From positions 38,948 through 102,947 of the forward strand of contig JANOYU010000061.1 in assembly GCA_031429035.1 (NCBI GenBank): DNA of 64,000 bases. The letters run 5' to 3'. This stretch comes from Methylophilaceae bacterium (GTDB lineage: Bacteria > Pseudomonadota > Gammaproteobacteria > Burkholderiales > Methylophilaceae). Under the pieces are notes generated by a model that did no database searches, had not been told where the DNA came from, and saw nothing but the letters and a program-made list of their open reading frames with translations. The translations under genes were made by a program, and so were the position numbers. Positions within the stretch are counted from its first letter, which is position 1. The number at the start of each line of letters is the position of its first letter. Below are positions 9,964-20,024 of this stretch, piece after piece.

Positions 9964-10956
9964 CTAAATGCCATCGGCTTTTTGCGCGCGACCCAGCAAA
10001 TCCATCACGGCATCCTTGGCCGATTTTCCATGGCTTAAGGCCTGATTCACCTCATAAGTAATTGGCATATCCACACCCAAGCTATCGGCACGGCGCATCA
10101 CCTCGCGTGCGGTATTAACACCTTCAGCAACATGGCCTAAACCTTTTAGCACATCCTCTAGCGCCTTGCCAGAGGCTAATTGCAAGCCAACTTCTCTATT
10201 TCTAGAGTATTGGCCAGTGCAGGTTAGCACCAAATCACCTGCGCCTGCTAAGCCCATAAAAGTCTCAGCTTTTGCACCCAGCGCCATACCAAAACGGGTA
10301 ATTTCGGCAAGTCCACGTGTAATCATGGCAGCACGTGCGTTATTACCAAAGCCCATACCATCCGAGATACCAGCGGCAATCGCCATCACATTTTTAACGG
10401 CACCGCCCACAGAAACACCCACCACATCGGTGCTGTTGTACACGCGCAAATTACCACCGTGAATTAAGTTAGACGCTTGCAGCGCAAAGCTGTTATCTGC
10501 TGCCGCCAATGTTACCGCGGTGGGTAAGCCGCGCACTAGCTCTGCGGCAAAGCTGGGGCCTGAAAGCGCGCCCCAATGTTGACTCGCGCTTAGCTCCTCT
10601 AAAGCAACCTCATGCGGCAATTTTGCGGTTTCAGGCTCTAGACCTTTATGTGCCCAAATAATCGGTTGTGTTGATTTTAACGCTTTAATTTCTTTTAAAA
10701 TATTGCGAAAACCTGCGGTTGGTACAACAGATAAGATTAAATCTGCGCCATTGATTGCGGCCGCTAAATTATCTTCCACTTGCAAATTATCGTTGAATTT
10801 AAAATCGCCCAAATATAGCGGGTTAGCACGCGATTTACGCATGCCCGACACATGGCCGGCATTACGCGCCCATAAGCTTACTTGATGCGTTTGGCTAATA
10901 TGCATGGCCAGTGCCGTGCCCCAAGCACCTGCACCTAACACTGTTATTTTAGCCAA
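9964..10956 (-). CDS. gpsA: NAD(P)H-dependent glycerol-3-phosphate dehydrogenase (TTG start)
   Basis: GAGAWGTALA, SGPSFA, KNVMAIAAG, GDLVLTC, SRN. Confidence 0.97.
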   Translation of the reverse strand: MAKITVLGAGAWGTALAMHISQTHQVSLWARNAGHVSGMRKSRANPLYLGDFKFNDNLQVEDNLAAAINGADLILSVVPTAGFRNILKEIKALKSTQPIIWAHKGLEPETAKLPHEVALEELSASQHWGALSGPSFAAELVRGLPTAVTLAAADNSFALQASNLIHGGNLRVYNSTDVVGVSVGGAVKNVMAIAAGISDGMGFGNNARAAMITRGLAEITRFGMALGAKAETFMGLAGAGDLVLTCTGQYSRNREVGLQLASGKALEDVLKGLGHVAEGVNTAREVMRRADSLGVDMPITYEVNQALSHGKSAKDAVMDLLGRAQKADGI

Positions 10957-10973
10957 TTAGTTAAAACCTCTCA

Positions 10974-11408
10974 CTAATTAAAACCCCACAGTTTATCGAC
11001 TTGCACAAAACCTGTCACGCCATCGCGGTGTTTTACCTTAACCCAGTTATTGTTAGCGCCTCCGGCTACTAGCTCTAACACCACATCTTTTTCTACGGTG
11101 GCAACCAACGCAGATGCCGCATCTTCAGCCGCTTTTATTTCCGTTTTTGCTAACACCAACACAGTGTGCTTGGCGCTTAATGATTTGGCTTCTAACCAAC
11201 TTAAGCCACCTAGGTTATCGCGCACTTTAATCCAATCACCCAAATTAACGATAACTTCAACTGGGTAACTGTTGCCTAAAATATACAGTTTTGTGGCTTC
11301 TTTAGACGGCGCATCGTAAGTGATGGCTTTGGCTGATGCGATAGAACGAAACTCTAAAGCAGACGCCGAAAACGAAAATGCTAGGCTTGCAGTAGCAAAG
11401 CCTAGCAT
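10974..11408 (-). CDS. Exported tandem SH3-domain protein (start approximate)
   Basis: Signal peptide ending ASA; PVEVI..GDWIKVRD..GW and WVKVKHRDGVTGFV; usual secB-SH3-gpsA position. Confidence 0.85.
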   Translation of the reverse strand: MLGFATASLAFSFSASALEFRSIASAKAITYDAPSKEATKLYILGNSYPVEVIVNLGDWIKVRDNLGGLSWLEAKSLSAKHTVLVLAKTEIKAAEDAASALVATVEKDVVLELVAGGANNNWVKVKHRDGVTGFVQVDKLWGFN

Positions 11409-11424
11409 AAGCAATTTTTTTAAA

Positions 11425-11925
11425 TTAATTGGCTTTGGCAGCATTTTCTGCTTGTTGCTTTTGTTGCGCCTGTTCTTTTTGCTGCACGTACAGCGCTTCA
11501 AAATTAATAGGGTTTAGCAGCACAGCTGCAAAACCTGCTCGCGTAACCATATCAGATACCGCCTCGCGCGCATACGGGAATAAAATGTTTGGGCAGGTGA
11601 CTGCTAAAATTGGCTCTAAATTTTCTGCTGGCACATTGCGAATCGCAAAAATACCCGCTTGTGTGGCCTCTACCAAAAACGCAGTTTTATCACCAATTTT
11701 TGCAGTGACCGTCACTTTAATGGCCACTTCAAAAATACCTTCATCTAATTTTACAGCCGAGTTACCCAGCTCTACATTCACCTGTGGCGCAGTGCGCTCA
11801 GTAAAAATTTGTGGCGCATTTGGCACCTCAATCGAGGCATCTTTCACGTACAGCTTCTCAATACCAAAGCCTGGTTGCGCGTCTTGTGTGGCCTCTGCTG
11901 CTGCAGCTTTATTTTCTTTTGCCAT
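11425..11925 (-). CDS. secB: Protein-export chaperone SecB
   Basis: LYVKDASIEVPNAPQIF, CPNILFPYARE, PINFEALY. Confidence 0.97.
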   Translation of the reverse strand: MAKENKAAAAEATQDAQPGFGIEKLYVKDASIEVPNAPQIFTERTAPQVNVELGNSAVKLDEGIFEVAIKVTVTAKIGDKTAFLVEATQAGIFAIRNVPAENLEPILAVTCPNILFPYAREAVSDMVTRAGFAAVLLNPINFEALYVQQKEQAQQKQQAENAAKAN

Positions 11926-12017
11926 GTATGTTCCTAAAACTATTAAAGTTGGTTAATTAAAAAACTATTTTTTACTGCAAACATTTTAGCCGCTTATTGG
12001 CTTTTATTCATTACTTT

Positions 12018-12290
12018 TTAACGCTGCAATAGCGGGTCTAGCCCGCCTGCCAAATCTAGTGCACGTAATTCATCAAAACCGCCTATGTGCTGCTCGCCAA
12101 TATAAATTTGCGGCACGGTGCGGCGACCCGTTTTTTGCATCATCTCTAGGCGCAATTCTGGTTGTAAATCAACCCGAATTTTGCTGATATCCTTCACGCC
12201 TTTGGCAGTGAGCAGCCGCTCGGCATTAATGCAATATGGGCAAACTGCTGTTGCATAAATTAAAACCTTAGGCATGACTATTTTTGACAT
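12018..12290 (-). CDS. grxC: Glutaredoxin 3
   Basis: CPYC, RTVPQIYI, HIGGFD. Confidence 0.95.
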   Translation of the reverse strand: MSKIVMPKVLIYATAVCPYCINAERLLTAKGVKDISKIRVDLQPELRLEMMQKTGRRTVPQIYIGEQHIGGFDELRALDLAGGLDPLLQR

Positions 12291-12308
12291 TTTATCTAGC
12301 TTGTTGCC

Positions 12309-12725
12309 TTAACTTTTTACTAATGGCATTTTAGCTTCAACCCAAGCATCCAAGCCGCCCTGTAGATTATTTAATTGTGTAAATTGCTGTGCTTTTAAAA
12401 TACTGCAAGCGCCTTTTGCGCGCATGCCTTTTTGGCAATGCACCAATACCGGTTTATCTTTAAACTTTTCAATTTCTTTCATACGCGCAGCCAGTTCGCC
12501 CACCGGAATATGCTTAGCACCTTGAATATGTCCCGCCGCAAATTCTGCTGCGTCGCGCACATCTAAAATAAGTGGTTTACTGCGATTCATCAACACCACA
12601 GCTTCAGTCGCATTAATGTTTAGCACGCCGCCCGCACCACGATTGAGCATAGGCCAAAGCAAAGCGATGCCAGAACCCACTGCCAAACCTATCATCACTG
12701 CGTTTTGTTTTACAAATTCAAACAT
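12309..12725 (-). CDS. Rhodanese-like domain protein (YibN type)
   Basis: N-terminal TM, LDVRD..EF..GHI.GA, LQGGLDAW. Confidence 0.92.
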   Translation of the reverse strand: MFEFVKQNAVMIGLAVGSGIALLWPMLNRGAGGVLNINATEAVVLMNRSKPLILDVRDAAEFAAGHIQGAKHIPVGELAARMKEIEKFKDKPVLVHCQKGMRAKGACSILKAQQFTQLNNLQGGLDAWVEAKMPLVKS

Positions 12726-12885
12726 ATTTTATCCAAACCAATTTTACTTGTCTCTAAAGTGGTGCTTAAGTGATTATTTTCAAGGCATTATTGTTTTTAG
12801 CTGCGCTTTTACTATGCGCGCTTGTTGGCGGCTATTATAATAGATAACGCGATGAAACTTTTAACATTTTAGCAACTTAAAAAAC

Positions 12886-14430
12886 ATGACTATCACTCCC
12901 GTAATTTTGTTAATTTTAGATGGCTTTGGCCACAATCCTAACACTCAGGATAACGCCATTGCGCAAGCGCGCACGCCAAATTTAGATGCGTTAAAACGTG
13001 ATTTTCCCAACACGCTCATTAACGCATCTGAGCATTATGTGGGCCTGCCCGATGGTCAAATGGGTAACTCAGAAGTTGGGCATCTTAATATTGGTGCGGG
13101 TCGCATCGTGTTTCAAGATTTTGAGCGCATTAATAATGCAATCGCCAATGGCGAGTTTTTTAAACATGCCGCATTAATAAAAACCTTACAAAATTTAAAA
13201 ACCAATAATAAAGCACTGCATATTTTTGGTTTGCTGTCTGACGGTGGCGTACATAGCCATATTGACCATATTCTGACCATGCTGGATATGGCTGCAAAAA
13301 ATGGCCTAAGCAAAATTTACATTCACGCTTTTTTAGATGGTCGCGATACTCCACCAATTAGCGCTGTGCCTTATTTGGCCGCGCTGGAAGATAAAATGAA
13401 AGCACTTGGCGTGGGCAAAATTGCATCCGTTTCTGGCCGTTTTTATAGCATGGATAGAGACAAACGCTGGGAACGCGTTGCGCCTGCTTACCGCATGATT
13501 ATTGATGGCGAGGCTGAGTTTGTTGAAGCCACCGCCAGTGAAGCTTTGCACAACGCCTATGCACGCAAAGAAACTGATGAATTTGTTAAGTGCACCGTCA
13601 TTCGCAAAGCAAATGAGGCGCCGATTCGCTTAGAAGATAATGATGCCGTTGTTTACATGAATTTTAGAAGCGATCGCGCACGGCAACTAACCGATGCGAT
13701 TTTAAACGAAAAATTTGATGGCTTTGTGCGCAGCCGCGTGCCGAAATTATCGGCTTATTTTACGCTGACACAACATGATGCAAACCAGCTAAAAGCCACG
13801 CCGATATTCGCTGCCACGTCAGTGCCCAACACTTTTGGCGAATATATTTCAGCACTTGGCTTAACGCAATTACGTATTGCAGAAACTGAAAAATATCCGC
13901 ATGTGACTTTCTTTTTTAATGGTGGCATTGAGGCCGTTTTTAAAGGCGAAGACCGGATTATGGTGCCTTCGCCCAAAGTGGCCACTTACGATTTACAGCC
14001 AGAGATGAGTGCGCCTGAAATGACGGATAAATTGGTTGCAGCCATTACGAGTAAAACTTATCACGCAATTATTTGTAACTACGCAAATGGCGACATGGTA
14101 GGGCATACGGGCAATATCCATGCGGCTATCGAGGCAATAGAAACACTGGATACCTGCGTTGGTCGCGTAGTTGCTGCGGCGCAAAGCGTTGGCGCAGAGG
14201 TGATTATCACCGCCGACCACGGCAATGCCGAGCAGATGCACGACCACCAAGCCAACCAAGCACACACACAACATACCACCAACTTGGTTCCGTTTATTTA
14301 CGTGGGACGTAAGGCCAAGGTAGCTAGCACTGGCGCGCTTTCTGACCTTGCGCCAAGTTTGCTGGCCATGATGGGCGTGCCACAACCACGCGAGATGACA
14401 GGTAAAAACCTGATTACATTTGCGGCTTAA
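12886..14430 (+). CDS. gpmI: 2,3-bisphosphoglycerate-independent phosphoglycerate mutase
   Basis: ILDGFG, GQMGNSEVGH, DGRDT, AETEKYPHVTFF, TADHGNAE. Confidence 0.97.
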   Translation: MTITPVILLILDGFGHNPNTQDNAIAQARTPNLDALKRDFPNTLINASEHYVGLPDGQMGNSEVGHLNIGAGRIVFQDFERINNAIANGEFFKHAALIKTLQNLKTNNKALHIFGLLSDGGVHSHIDHILTMLDMAAKNGLSKIYIHAFLDGRDTPPISAVPYLAALEDKMKALGVGKIASVSGRFYSMDRDKRWERVAPAYRMIIDGEAEFVEATASEALHNAYARKETDEFVKCTVIRKANEAPIRLEDNDAVVYMNFRSDRARQLTDAILNEKFDGFVRSRVPKLSAYFTLTQHDANQLKATPIFAATSVPNTFGEYISALGLTQLRIAETEKYPHVTFFFNGGIEAVFKGEDRIMVPSPKVATYDLQPEMSAPEMTDKLVAAITSKTYHAIICNYANGDMVGHTGNIHAAIEAIETLDTCVGRVVAAAQSVGAEVIITADHGNAEQMHDHQANQAHTQHTTNLVPFIYVGRKAKVASTGALSDLAPSLLAMMGVPQPREMTGKNLITFAA

Positions 14431-14437
14431 CCATTAA

Positions 14438-15682
14438 ATGCTTAACCAGCACATGCGCCAATGGCTATTTATTTTATGTTTGTGCACTTTTAGCGCAAGC
14501 AGTTTTGCTGCAAAAAAAATTGACGTAGCTAAAGAGGACCTTAGCGACTTACACGAGAAAATTGATGCGCTAAAAAGAGAGTTGGACAACAACCAAAGTG
14601 CACATAAAGATGCAACAGATGCACTTAAAGACAGCGAAACAGCCATTAGCGGCGCTAATAAAAAACTGCGCGAGATTAATCAAAAACAAAATAAAAATAA
14701 AAATACGCTCAGTACGCTTAAAAAACAATCATTTAGCATTAACGAAAGCCTAGGCGAGCAGCAAAAACGCTTAAGCAGCTTATTGCGCCAGCAATATATG
14801 CATGGCGACCAAAGCTACACGCAACTTATTTTGCAAAATAAAAACCCCAGTGAGATCGCGCGTGATGTGAAATATTTTAGTTATATTGCCAAACAGCACG
14901 CCAAAGTGATTGATGACATGCAAGGTAATTTATTAAAAGTAAAGCAATTAAACAGCCAAACTAGCCAAGCGCTAAAACAAGTGGCCGAACTAAAAGCCAA
15001 GCAAGAAGCCGAAAAGCTAGCATTACAGCAACAACAAAAAGAGAAGTCAAAAGTAGTTAAAACGCTTTCTAAACAAATAGTTGCGCAACGTAATGAAATT
15101 GATAAACTTAAACGCGATGAAAAAAGTTTATCTAACTTGGTTGAGCGTTTGGCTAAGATTATCCCCAAAAAGATTAAAAAATCGTCCAAGAAAAAGCCCA
15201 ACAAAGCCAGTGATGATGGCAACGAAAAGCCCAACGAAGTGCTGGCAAAAAATGAAGATACGCCTAGCGATGCTTACGCTGGCAGCAATTTTTCTGCGCT
15301 TAAAGGCAAACTGCGCTTACCTGTGCGTGGCGAGTTAGTTAATCGCTATGGTGCAGCTCGCTCGGATACTGGTGTATCGTGGAAAGGCCTATTTATAAGG
15401 GCTGCAGAGGGTAGTGATGTGAAATCGGTGGCTGATGGCCGCGTGGTATTTGCCGATTGGATGCGTGGCTTTGGCAACCTCATTATCGTCGACCATGGCA
15501 GCGGTTATATGAGTTTATATGGCAATAACCAAGCCGTGTTGAAAAATGTGGGCGAAGAAGTGACGGCAGGCGATGCGATTGCCGCTGTGGGCAACAGCGG
15601 TGGCAACGAAAGTAACGGTTTATATTATGAATTGCGCAAAAACTCCGCGCCTTTTGACCCACTCAGTTGGAGCGTGCATTAA
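14438..15682 (+). CDS. envC: Murein hydrolase activator EnvC (coiled coil + M23)
   Basis: Signal peptide, long coiled coil, C-terminal degenerate LytM (WKGLFI, DHGSGYMSLYGNN, LYYELR). Confidence 0.9.
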   Translation: MLNQHMRQWLFILCLCTFSASSFAAKKIDVAKEDLSDLHEKIDALKRELDNNQSAHKDATDALKDSETAISGANKKLREINQKQNKNKNTLSTLKKQSFSINESLGEQQKRLSSLLRQQYMHGDQSYTQLILQNKNPSEIARDVKYFSYIAKQHAKVIDDMQGNLLKVKQLNSQTSQALKQVAELKAKQEAEKLALQQQQKEKSKVVKTLSKQIVAQRNEIDKLKRDEKSLSNLVERLAKIIPKKIKKSSKKKPNKASDDGNEKPNEVLAKNEDTPSDAYAGSNFSALKGKLRLPVRGELVNRYGAARSDTGVSWKGLFIRAAEGSDVKSVADGRVVFADWMRGFGNLIIVDHGSGYMSLYGNNQAVLKNVGEEVTAGDAIAAVGNSGGNESNGLYYELRKNSAPFDPLSWSVH

Positions 15683-15742
15683 GTTTTATAGTTAATTTAT
15701 TGCTTATTTATTTTTGCTTTAGCAATTAAGAAACTACCAATT

Positions 15743-15769
15743 AAAAAGCACCCAAGTGGGTGCTTTTTT
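15743..15769. terminator. Bidirectional Rho-independent terminator
   Basis: aaaaagcaccca-ag-tgggtgctttttt between convergent genes. Confidence 0.85.
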
Positions 15770-15788
15770 GTTAATGCCAATCAGTTAA

Positions 15789-16139
15789 TTACTTAGCGGC
15801 TTCTGGCGCAGCTGGAGCGGCTTCAACAGGTGCAGCTTCTGTCGCGGCAGCAGGTGCTTCACCAGGAATAACTGGCATAGGTGTGCCGGCCATGGCTTCT
15901 GCGTTAATTTTATCTTGCTCTTCTTTGGTGCGGGTAACGCCTGGCACTAATTCTTCAGCTGATGGTGTGTAACCGCCCACTGCAGCTTCTGGCGCGGGTG
16001 CTGGTGCGGCGGCTGGTGCAGTTTCGGCCGCAGGAGCCGTTTCTGGCGCTGGTGTTTCTGCTGGCTTTTCGCCACAAGCCGATAACAATAGTGCAGCTAA
16101 TAATGCTGGAGTTGCTAACAAAACGTTTAAATTTTTCAT
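15789..16139 (-). CDS. Pro/Ala-rich hypothetical lipoprotein
   Basis: Lipobox LSAC; low-complexity PAAE/APA repeats; AAGGA RBS. Confidence 0.8.
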   Translation of the reverse strand: MKNLNVLLATPALLAALLLSACGEKPAETPAPETAPAAETAPAAAPAPAPEAAVGGYTPSAEELVPGVTRTKEEQDKINAEAMAGTPMPVIPGEAPAAATEAAPVEAAPAAPEAAK

Positions 16140-16276
16140 ATTATTTCCTTTAAGTTTTAATGTGACTATGACAAGTTAAACCTGAATAAAGTTTAATGCT
16201 AAGCTTTAACGAAGCAAATCTTGCGCCAAACTACAATTGGGGATTGCCTATGCGAATTTAAAGGGCTAAGTAAAAA

Positions 16277-16648
16277 TTAATTAATAATACTTGCCGAAAT
16301 AAGTTTGCCTTTGGCATAAGCCTCTGTTTCATATGGGCTGTTGCGATAACCCTTGCGGCACGACCAAACATAACGCCACAGCGTCATACCATGCAAAAAC
16401 TGCGACACATGCGTTAATTCATGCCCAAGCAACTCTATGCCACGCTGAGTATTTGGTTGATACGCGCCTGCGCGCAAATATATGCAATTTCCCAGTACCA
16501 CTGCGCCCATATCGCTCCGCAGCCAAAATGGTACATGTCCATCCACAATACGTGCACGCTCAAGCACAATGTAGGCAAAAAATGGCTTAAAAATAGTGCG
16601 CTCTTGCACTGTTAATGGGCGACCAGCATCAAAAATAAAGCTTAACAT
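16277..16648 (-). CDS. DUF4157 / HExxH domain protein
   Basis: LGNCIY, LLGHELTHVSQF, PYETEAY. Confidence 0.75.
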   Translation of the reverse strand: MLSFIFDAGRPLTVQERTIFKPFFAYIVLERARIVDGHVPFWLRSDMGAVVLGNCIYLRAGAYQPNTQRGIELLGHELTHVSQFLHGMTLWRYVWSCRKGYRNSPYETEAYAKGKLISASIIN

Positions 16649-16654
16649 CTAGGC

Positions 16655-17074
16655 TTATTCACCCATCACATGCAGCAACACGCGTCGCGTCATGGCATCA
16701 AACCGATGCTCGAACATAAAAATACCTTGCCACTGCCCTAGCGCGACTTTACTTTCAATAATCGGAATTGATAAACTGGTTTGCGTGAGCGCGCTACGCA
16801 CATGCGCAGGCATATCATCACTGCCTTCGGTGGTGTGAATAAACAAGCTGTCGCCATCGGGCACCAAGCGGTTAAAAAAGGCTTCCATATCTACCAACAC
16901 ATCACTGTCGTAGTTCTCGTTAATCAGCAAACTGGCCGATGTGTGCTGAATATATAGCGTAAGCAAACCTGTGCTCAAACCCAATGAATTCGTCCATGTC
17001 AGCACTTGTGGCGTAATGTCATACAGCTTGCGGCCGTGCGCATTTATGCTAATTTGCTTTGTGAATTGCTGCAT
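16655..17074 (-). CDS. YjbQ (UPF0047) family protein
   Basis: HTSASLLINEN.D, EGSDDMPAH, LGQWQGI. Confidence 0.92.
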   Translation of the reverse strand: MQQFTKQISINAHGRKLYDITPQVLTWTNSLGLSTGLLTLYIQHTSASLLINENYDSDVLVDMEAFFNRLVPDGDSLFIHTTEGSDDMPAHVRSALTQTSLSIPIIESKVALGQWQGIFMFEHRFDAMTRRVLLHVMGE

Positions 17075-17181
17075 AACTATCCTTAATATTTAACCCTTAT
17101 TATCGTTAGTTTTTAGCATCTGCTCAAGTTGCATTTTTTGGCGCATAATTTACTATTACTGCGCAAGTATGGAGCTTTTAA

Positions 17182-17685
17182 ATGACAATTAATGCCGAAT
17201 TAGATTTGTCTTTTACACGTATTGTTGATGTGCCGCGTGAAAAAATATGGGCAGCATGGACAACGCCAGAAAAACTTTTGCCGTGGTTTTGCCCGCTGCC
17301 GTGGATAACGGTGGAGTGCGAAATTGATTTGCACCCTGGCGGCAAATTTTATACGGTGATGCAATCACCCGAAGGGCAGCGGTTTCCAAATGTAGGTTGT
17401 TATTTAGAAATTATTGAAAACCAAAAACTCAGCTGGACCAACGCGTTGGAACCTGGTTATCGCCCCGTTAATCCACCACAAGCCAGCCCAGGCCATGAAT
17501 GTGCGGAGTTTTTAATGACGGCATCGATTATCTTGGAAACCGTTGCTGGCGGTACAAAATACACTGCGCTAGTGAAGCATGCCAATAAACAAGCCCGCAC
17601 TAAACACGAACAAATGGGCTTTAAAGAGGGTTGGGGCGCATGTCTTGACCAGCTGGTTGCAATCATTAAAAAAGGCGTCAACTAA
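17182..17685 (+). CDS. SRPBCC (AHSA1-like) family protein
   Basis: [33 protein letters not shown]. Confidence 0.9.
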   Translation: MTINAELDLSFTRIVDVPREKIWAAWTTPEKLLPWFCPLPWITVECEIDLHPGGKFYTVMQSPEGQRFPNVGCYLEIIENQKLSWTNALEPGYRPVNPPQASPGHECAEFLMTASIILETVAGGTKYTALVKHANKQARTKHEQMGFKEGWGACLDQLVAIIKKGVN

Positions 17686-17696
17686 AATATATATGA

Positions 17697-17733
17697 TGCC
17701 CTGCAAGCCAATATCCATGCGGTCTGTAGGGCA
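17697..17733 (+). repeat. 37-bp dyad motif copy (intergenic, near consensus)
   Basis: tgccctgcaagcc-aatatccatgc-ggtctgtagggca. Confidence 0.9.
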
Positions 17734-17818
17734 TCAATAATTAAGGTATTTGGTTATAGTTAAATTGGCGCAGTCTAATTTGGTGTAAAATACCTGTCTA
17801 ATCAAAGCTAACCGCCCT

Positions 17819-19447
17819 ATGAAAATTCTCACTGCACAAAATCGCAACATCATTTTAGTTACCTTATTTATTATGATAACGGGTAACTTTGCGCTATGCC
17901 GCCGATTGTTAGAAATCTACCCATTAAACGCCGCAAATTTCACGTTTTTATTGTCACTTTTCTCATTTTTTGCCATTACCACCACTATGTTTTTTTTGGC
18001 AATTTGCCACGGTAAATGGGCGCGCTGGTTAATAGCACTATTTGTATTTGTGGCTGCGCAAGCGGCTTATTACATGGATCAATTTGGGGTAATTGTAGAT
18101 ACCGAAATGATAGACACCATGTTGCAAACCAATGCGCGCGAGTTTGCAGGGCTTATCAGCACTAATTTAGTCATGCGCACTTTATTGCTTGGTATTTTGC
18201 CTGCTTGGCTAATCATTAAATATTGGCCTGCAATACTTGATTTTAAAACCGAATTAAAATCTAAAGGCAAACTATTGCTCATTTTATTGGTGTTAATGGT
18301 TGCTGTAGTTGCGCCATTTACAGCAGGTTACGCATCGTTTATTCGAGAGCATAAAATAACCCGCATGTATGCAAACCCCACTTTTTTTAGCTATTCTGCT
18401 ATTAAATACATCACGCTAAAATTAAGCTCTAAAACAGTACCCGCTTTCACCCAAACCTCTGCAGATTCTGTAATAGATAGCCAGCCTAACCACGAGCGCG
18501 AATTGATTATTATGGTGGTGGGGGAAACCGCACGTGCCGATCGATTTTCACTGAATGGCTATAAACGCGAAACTAACCCTGAGCTTAAAAAACAATCAGT
18601 TATTAGTTTTAGTAATGTCGCCTCATGCGGCACATCGACATCTATCTCAGTACCTTGCATGTTTTCTGTACTTACAAGAAAAGAGTTTAATAAAGAAAAA
18701 GCTTTATAAATGGAAAACGCTTTAGATGTGCTGGCCAGAAGCGGCGTAGAGGTGTTGTGGCGCGATAATAATTCTGACTCCAAAGGTGTTGCATTAAGAG
18801 TGCAGTATGAAAACTTTCAAAGTCCTACTCTCAACAAATCGTGCGAAGAAGAGTGCCGCGATATTGGCATGCTGGGTGGGCTAGATAAATATATTGCATC
18901 TAAAAAAGATAAAGATATTTTGATTGTGCTGCACATGATGGGCAACCACGGGCCAGAATATTACAGAAGATACCCGAAAGCATTCGAGCGCTTTACGCCC
19001 ATTTGCAAAAGCAGCGATTTACGTGTGTGCTCGCAAGCAGAAATTGATAATGCTTACGATAACGCTATTTTGTATACCGATTATTTTTTATCGAATGTCA
19101 TCGAATTTTTAAAAAAATATGACGATAACTATGAAACAGCCATGCTGTATGTAAGTGACCATGGGGAATCGCTAGGCGAGCACGGTTTTTACTTGCACGC
19201 CGCGCCCTATGCCATTGCGCCAAAAGAGCAAACACACGTGCCAGCAATTTTATGGTTTGGGCAAAACTTCGACTACAAACTTGATCAAGCAAAGCCGTAT
19301 CAAGATTACCCTTTAAGCCATGATGATTTATATTGCATACTGCTAACAGGTTTTGAAGTTGAAACAAAAACTTGCCAAGCCTACAAACAAATATTATTTA
19401 GTAATACGCACTTGCAATCGCGCTTAGAAGAACGCATTAAAAAGTAA
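17819..19447 (+). pseudogene. eptA: Lipid A phosphoethanolamine transferase interrupted by an in-frame TAA at 18707-18709
   Basis: Two abutting in-frame ORFs: TM domain + VVGETAR + CGTSTSISVPCMFS, then WRDNNS, HMMGNHGP, YDNAILYTD, SDHGESLGE. Confidence 0.85.
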
Positions 19448-19451
19448 GCGA

Positions 19452-20024
19452 TTACCAGCCGTAAGGATAACCGTAACCTAAGCCCAAACCAAAGCGACTG
19501 CCGCGCCAATGGCGGCCTGCAGGGCCTATTGGGATTGGGAAACCGCCATAAAAGCCGCGCCCATAATAGGCGCCAAAACCTGATCCCCAAAAAGGATCGT
19601 AATATTGATTTTGTGCTCGTTCACGCTGCAACTGTTTTTTGGCAGCCATTTTTTCTTGCTCGCGCTTGTTCATTTCATCGGCAATTATATTTTGCTTGGC
19701 TAGCTCGTTACTTTGCTGAATATAATCCAGCACTTTTGCATCGACACCTTTTTTATTTAAATCAAGCACTTGTGTCGATGTTAGCTCGTAACGCGAGTTG
19801 CTATTTTTAATTTTGGCCACTATATCATCGCTACTTTTTCCTGCTTTGCTGTCAGCCACAATTTCATCCAAACTTACCGTAGCCACTGGCGGCGGAATTA
19901 GTTTTGCCAATTCTTCTGGGGTAATTCTTTCTACTTTACCTGATTGCATGCCGGTGCCAGAACCAGAAGTAGCGCAACCCGCAAGTATAAACAAGGAGAG
20001 CATTACAAATATTAAACGTCTCAT
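19452..20024 (-). CDS. Hypothetical lipoprotein with Gly/Tyr-rich C-terminus
   Basis: Lipobox LAGC; YYDPFWGSGFGAYYG...GYGYPYGW tail. Confidence 0.8.
   Translation of the reverse strand: MRRLIFVMLSLFILAGCATSGSGTGMQSGKVERITPEELAKLIPPPVATVSLDEIVADSKAGKSSDDIVAKIKNSNSRYELTSTQVLDLNKKGVDAKVLDYIQQSNELAKQNIIADEMNKREQEKMAAKKQLQRERAQNQYYDPFWGSGFGAYYGRGFYGGFPIPIGPAGRHWRGSRFGLGLGYGYPYGW

Noticed and set aside
17697-17733. Dyad motif as merely a Rho-independent terminator
   Set aside because: No consistent U-tract, a conserved 11-nt asymmetric loop, and most copies are within coding sequence; an incidental terminator role for intergenic copies is not excluded.
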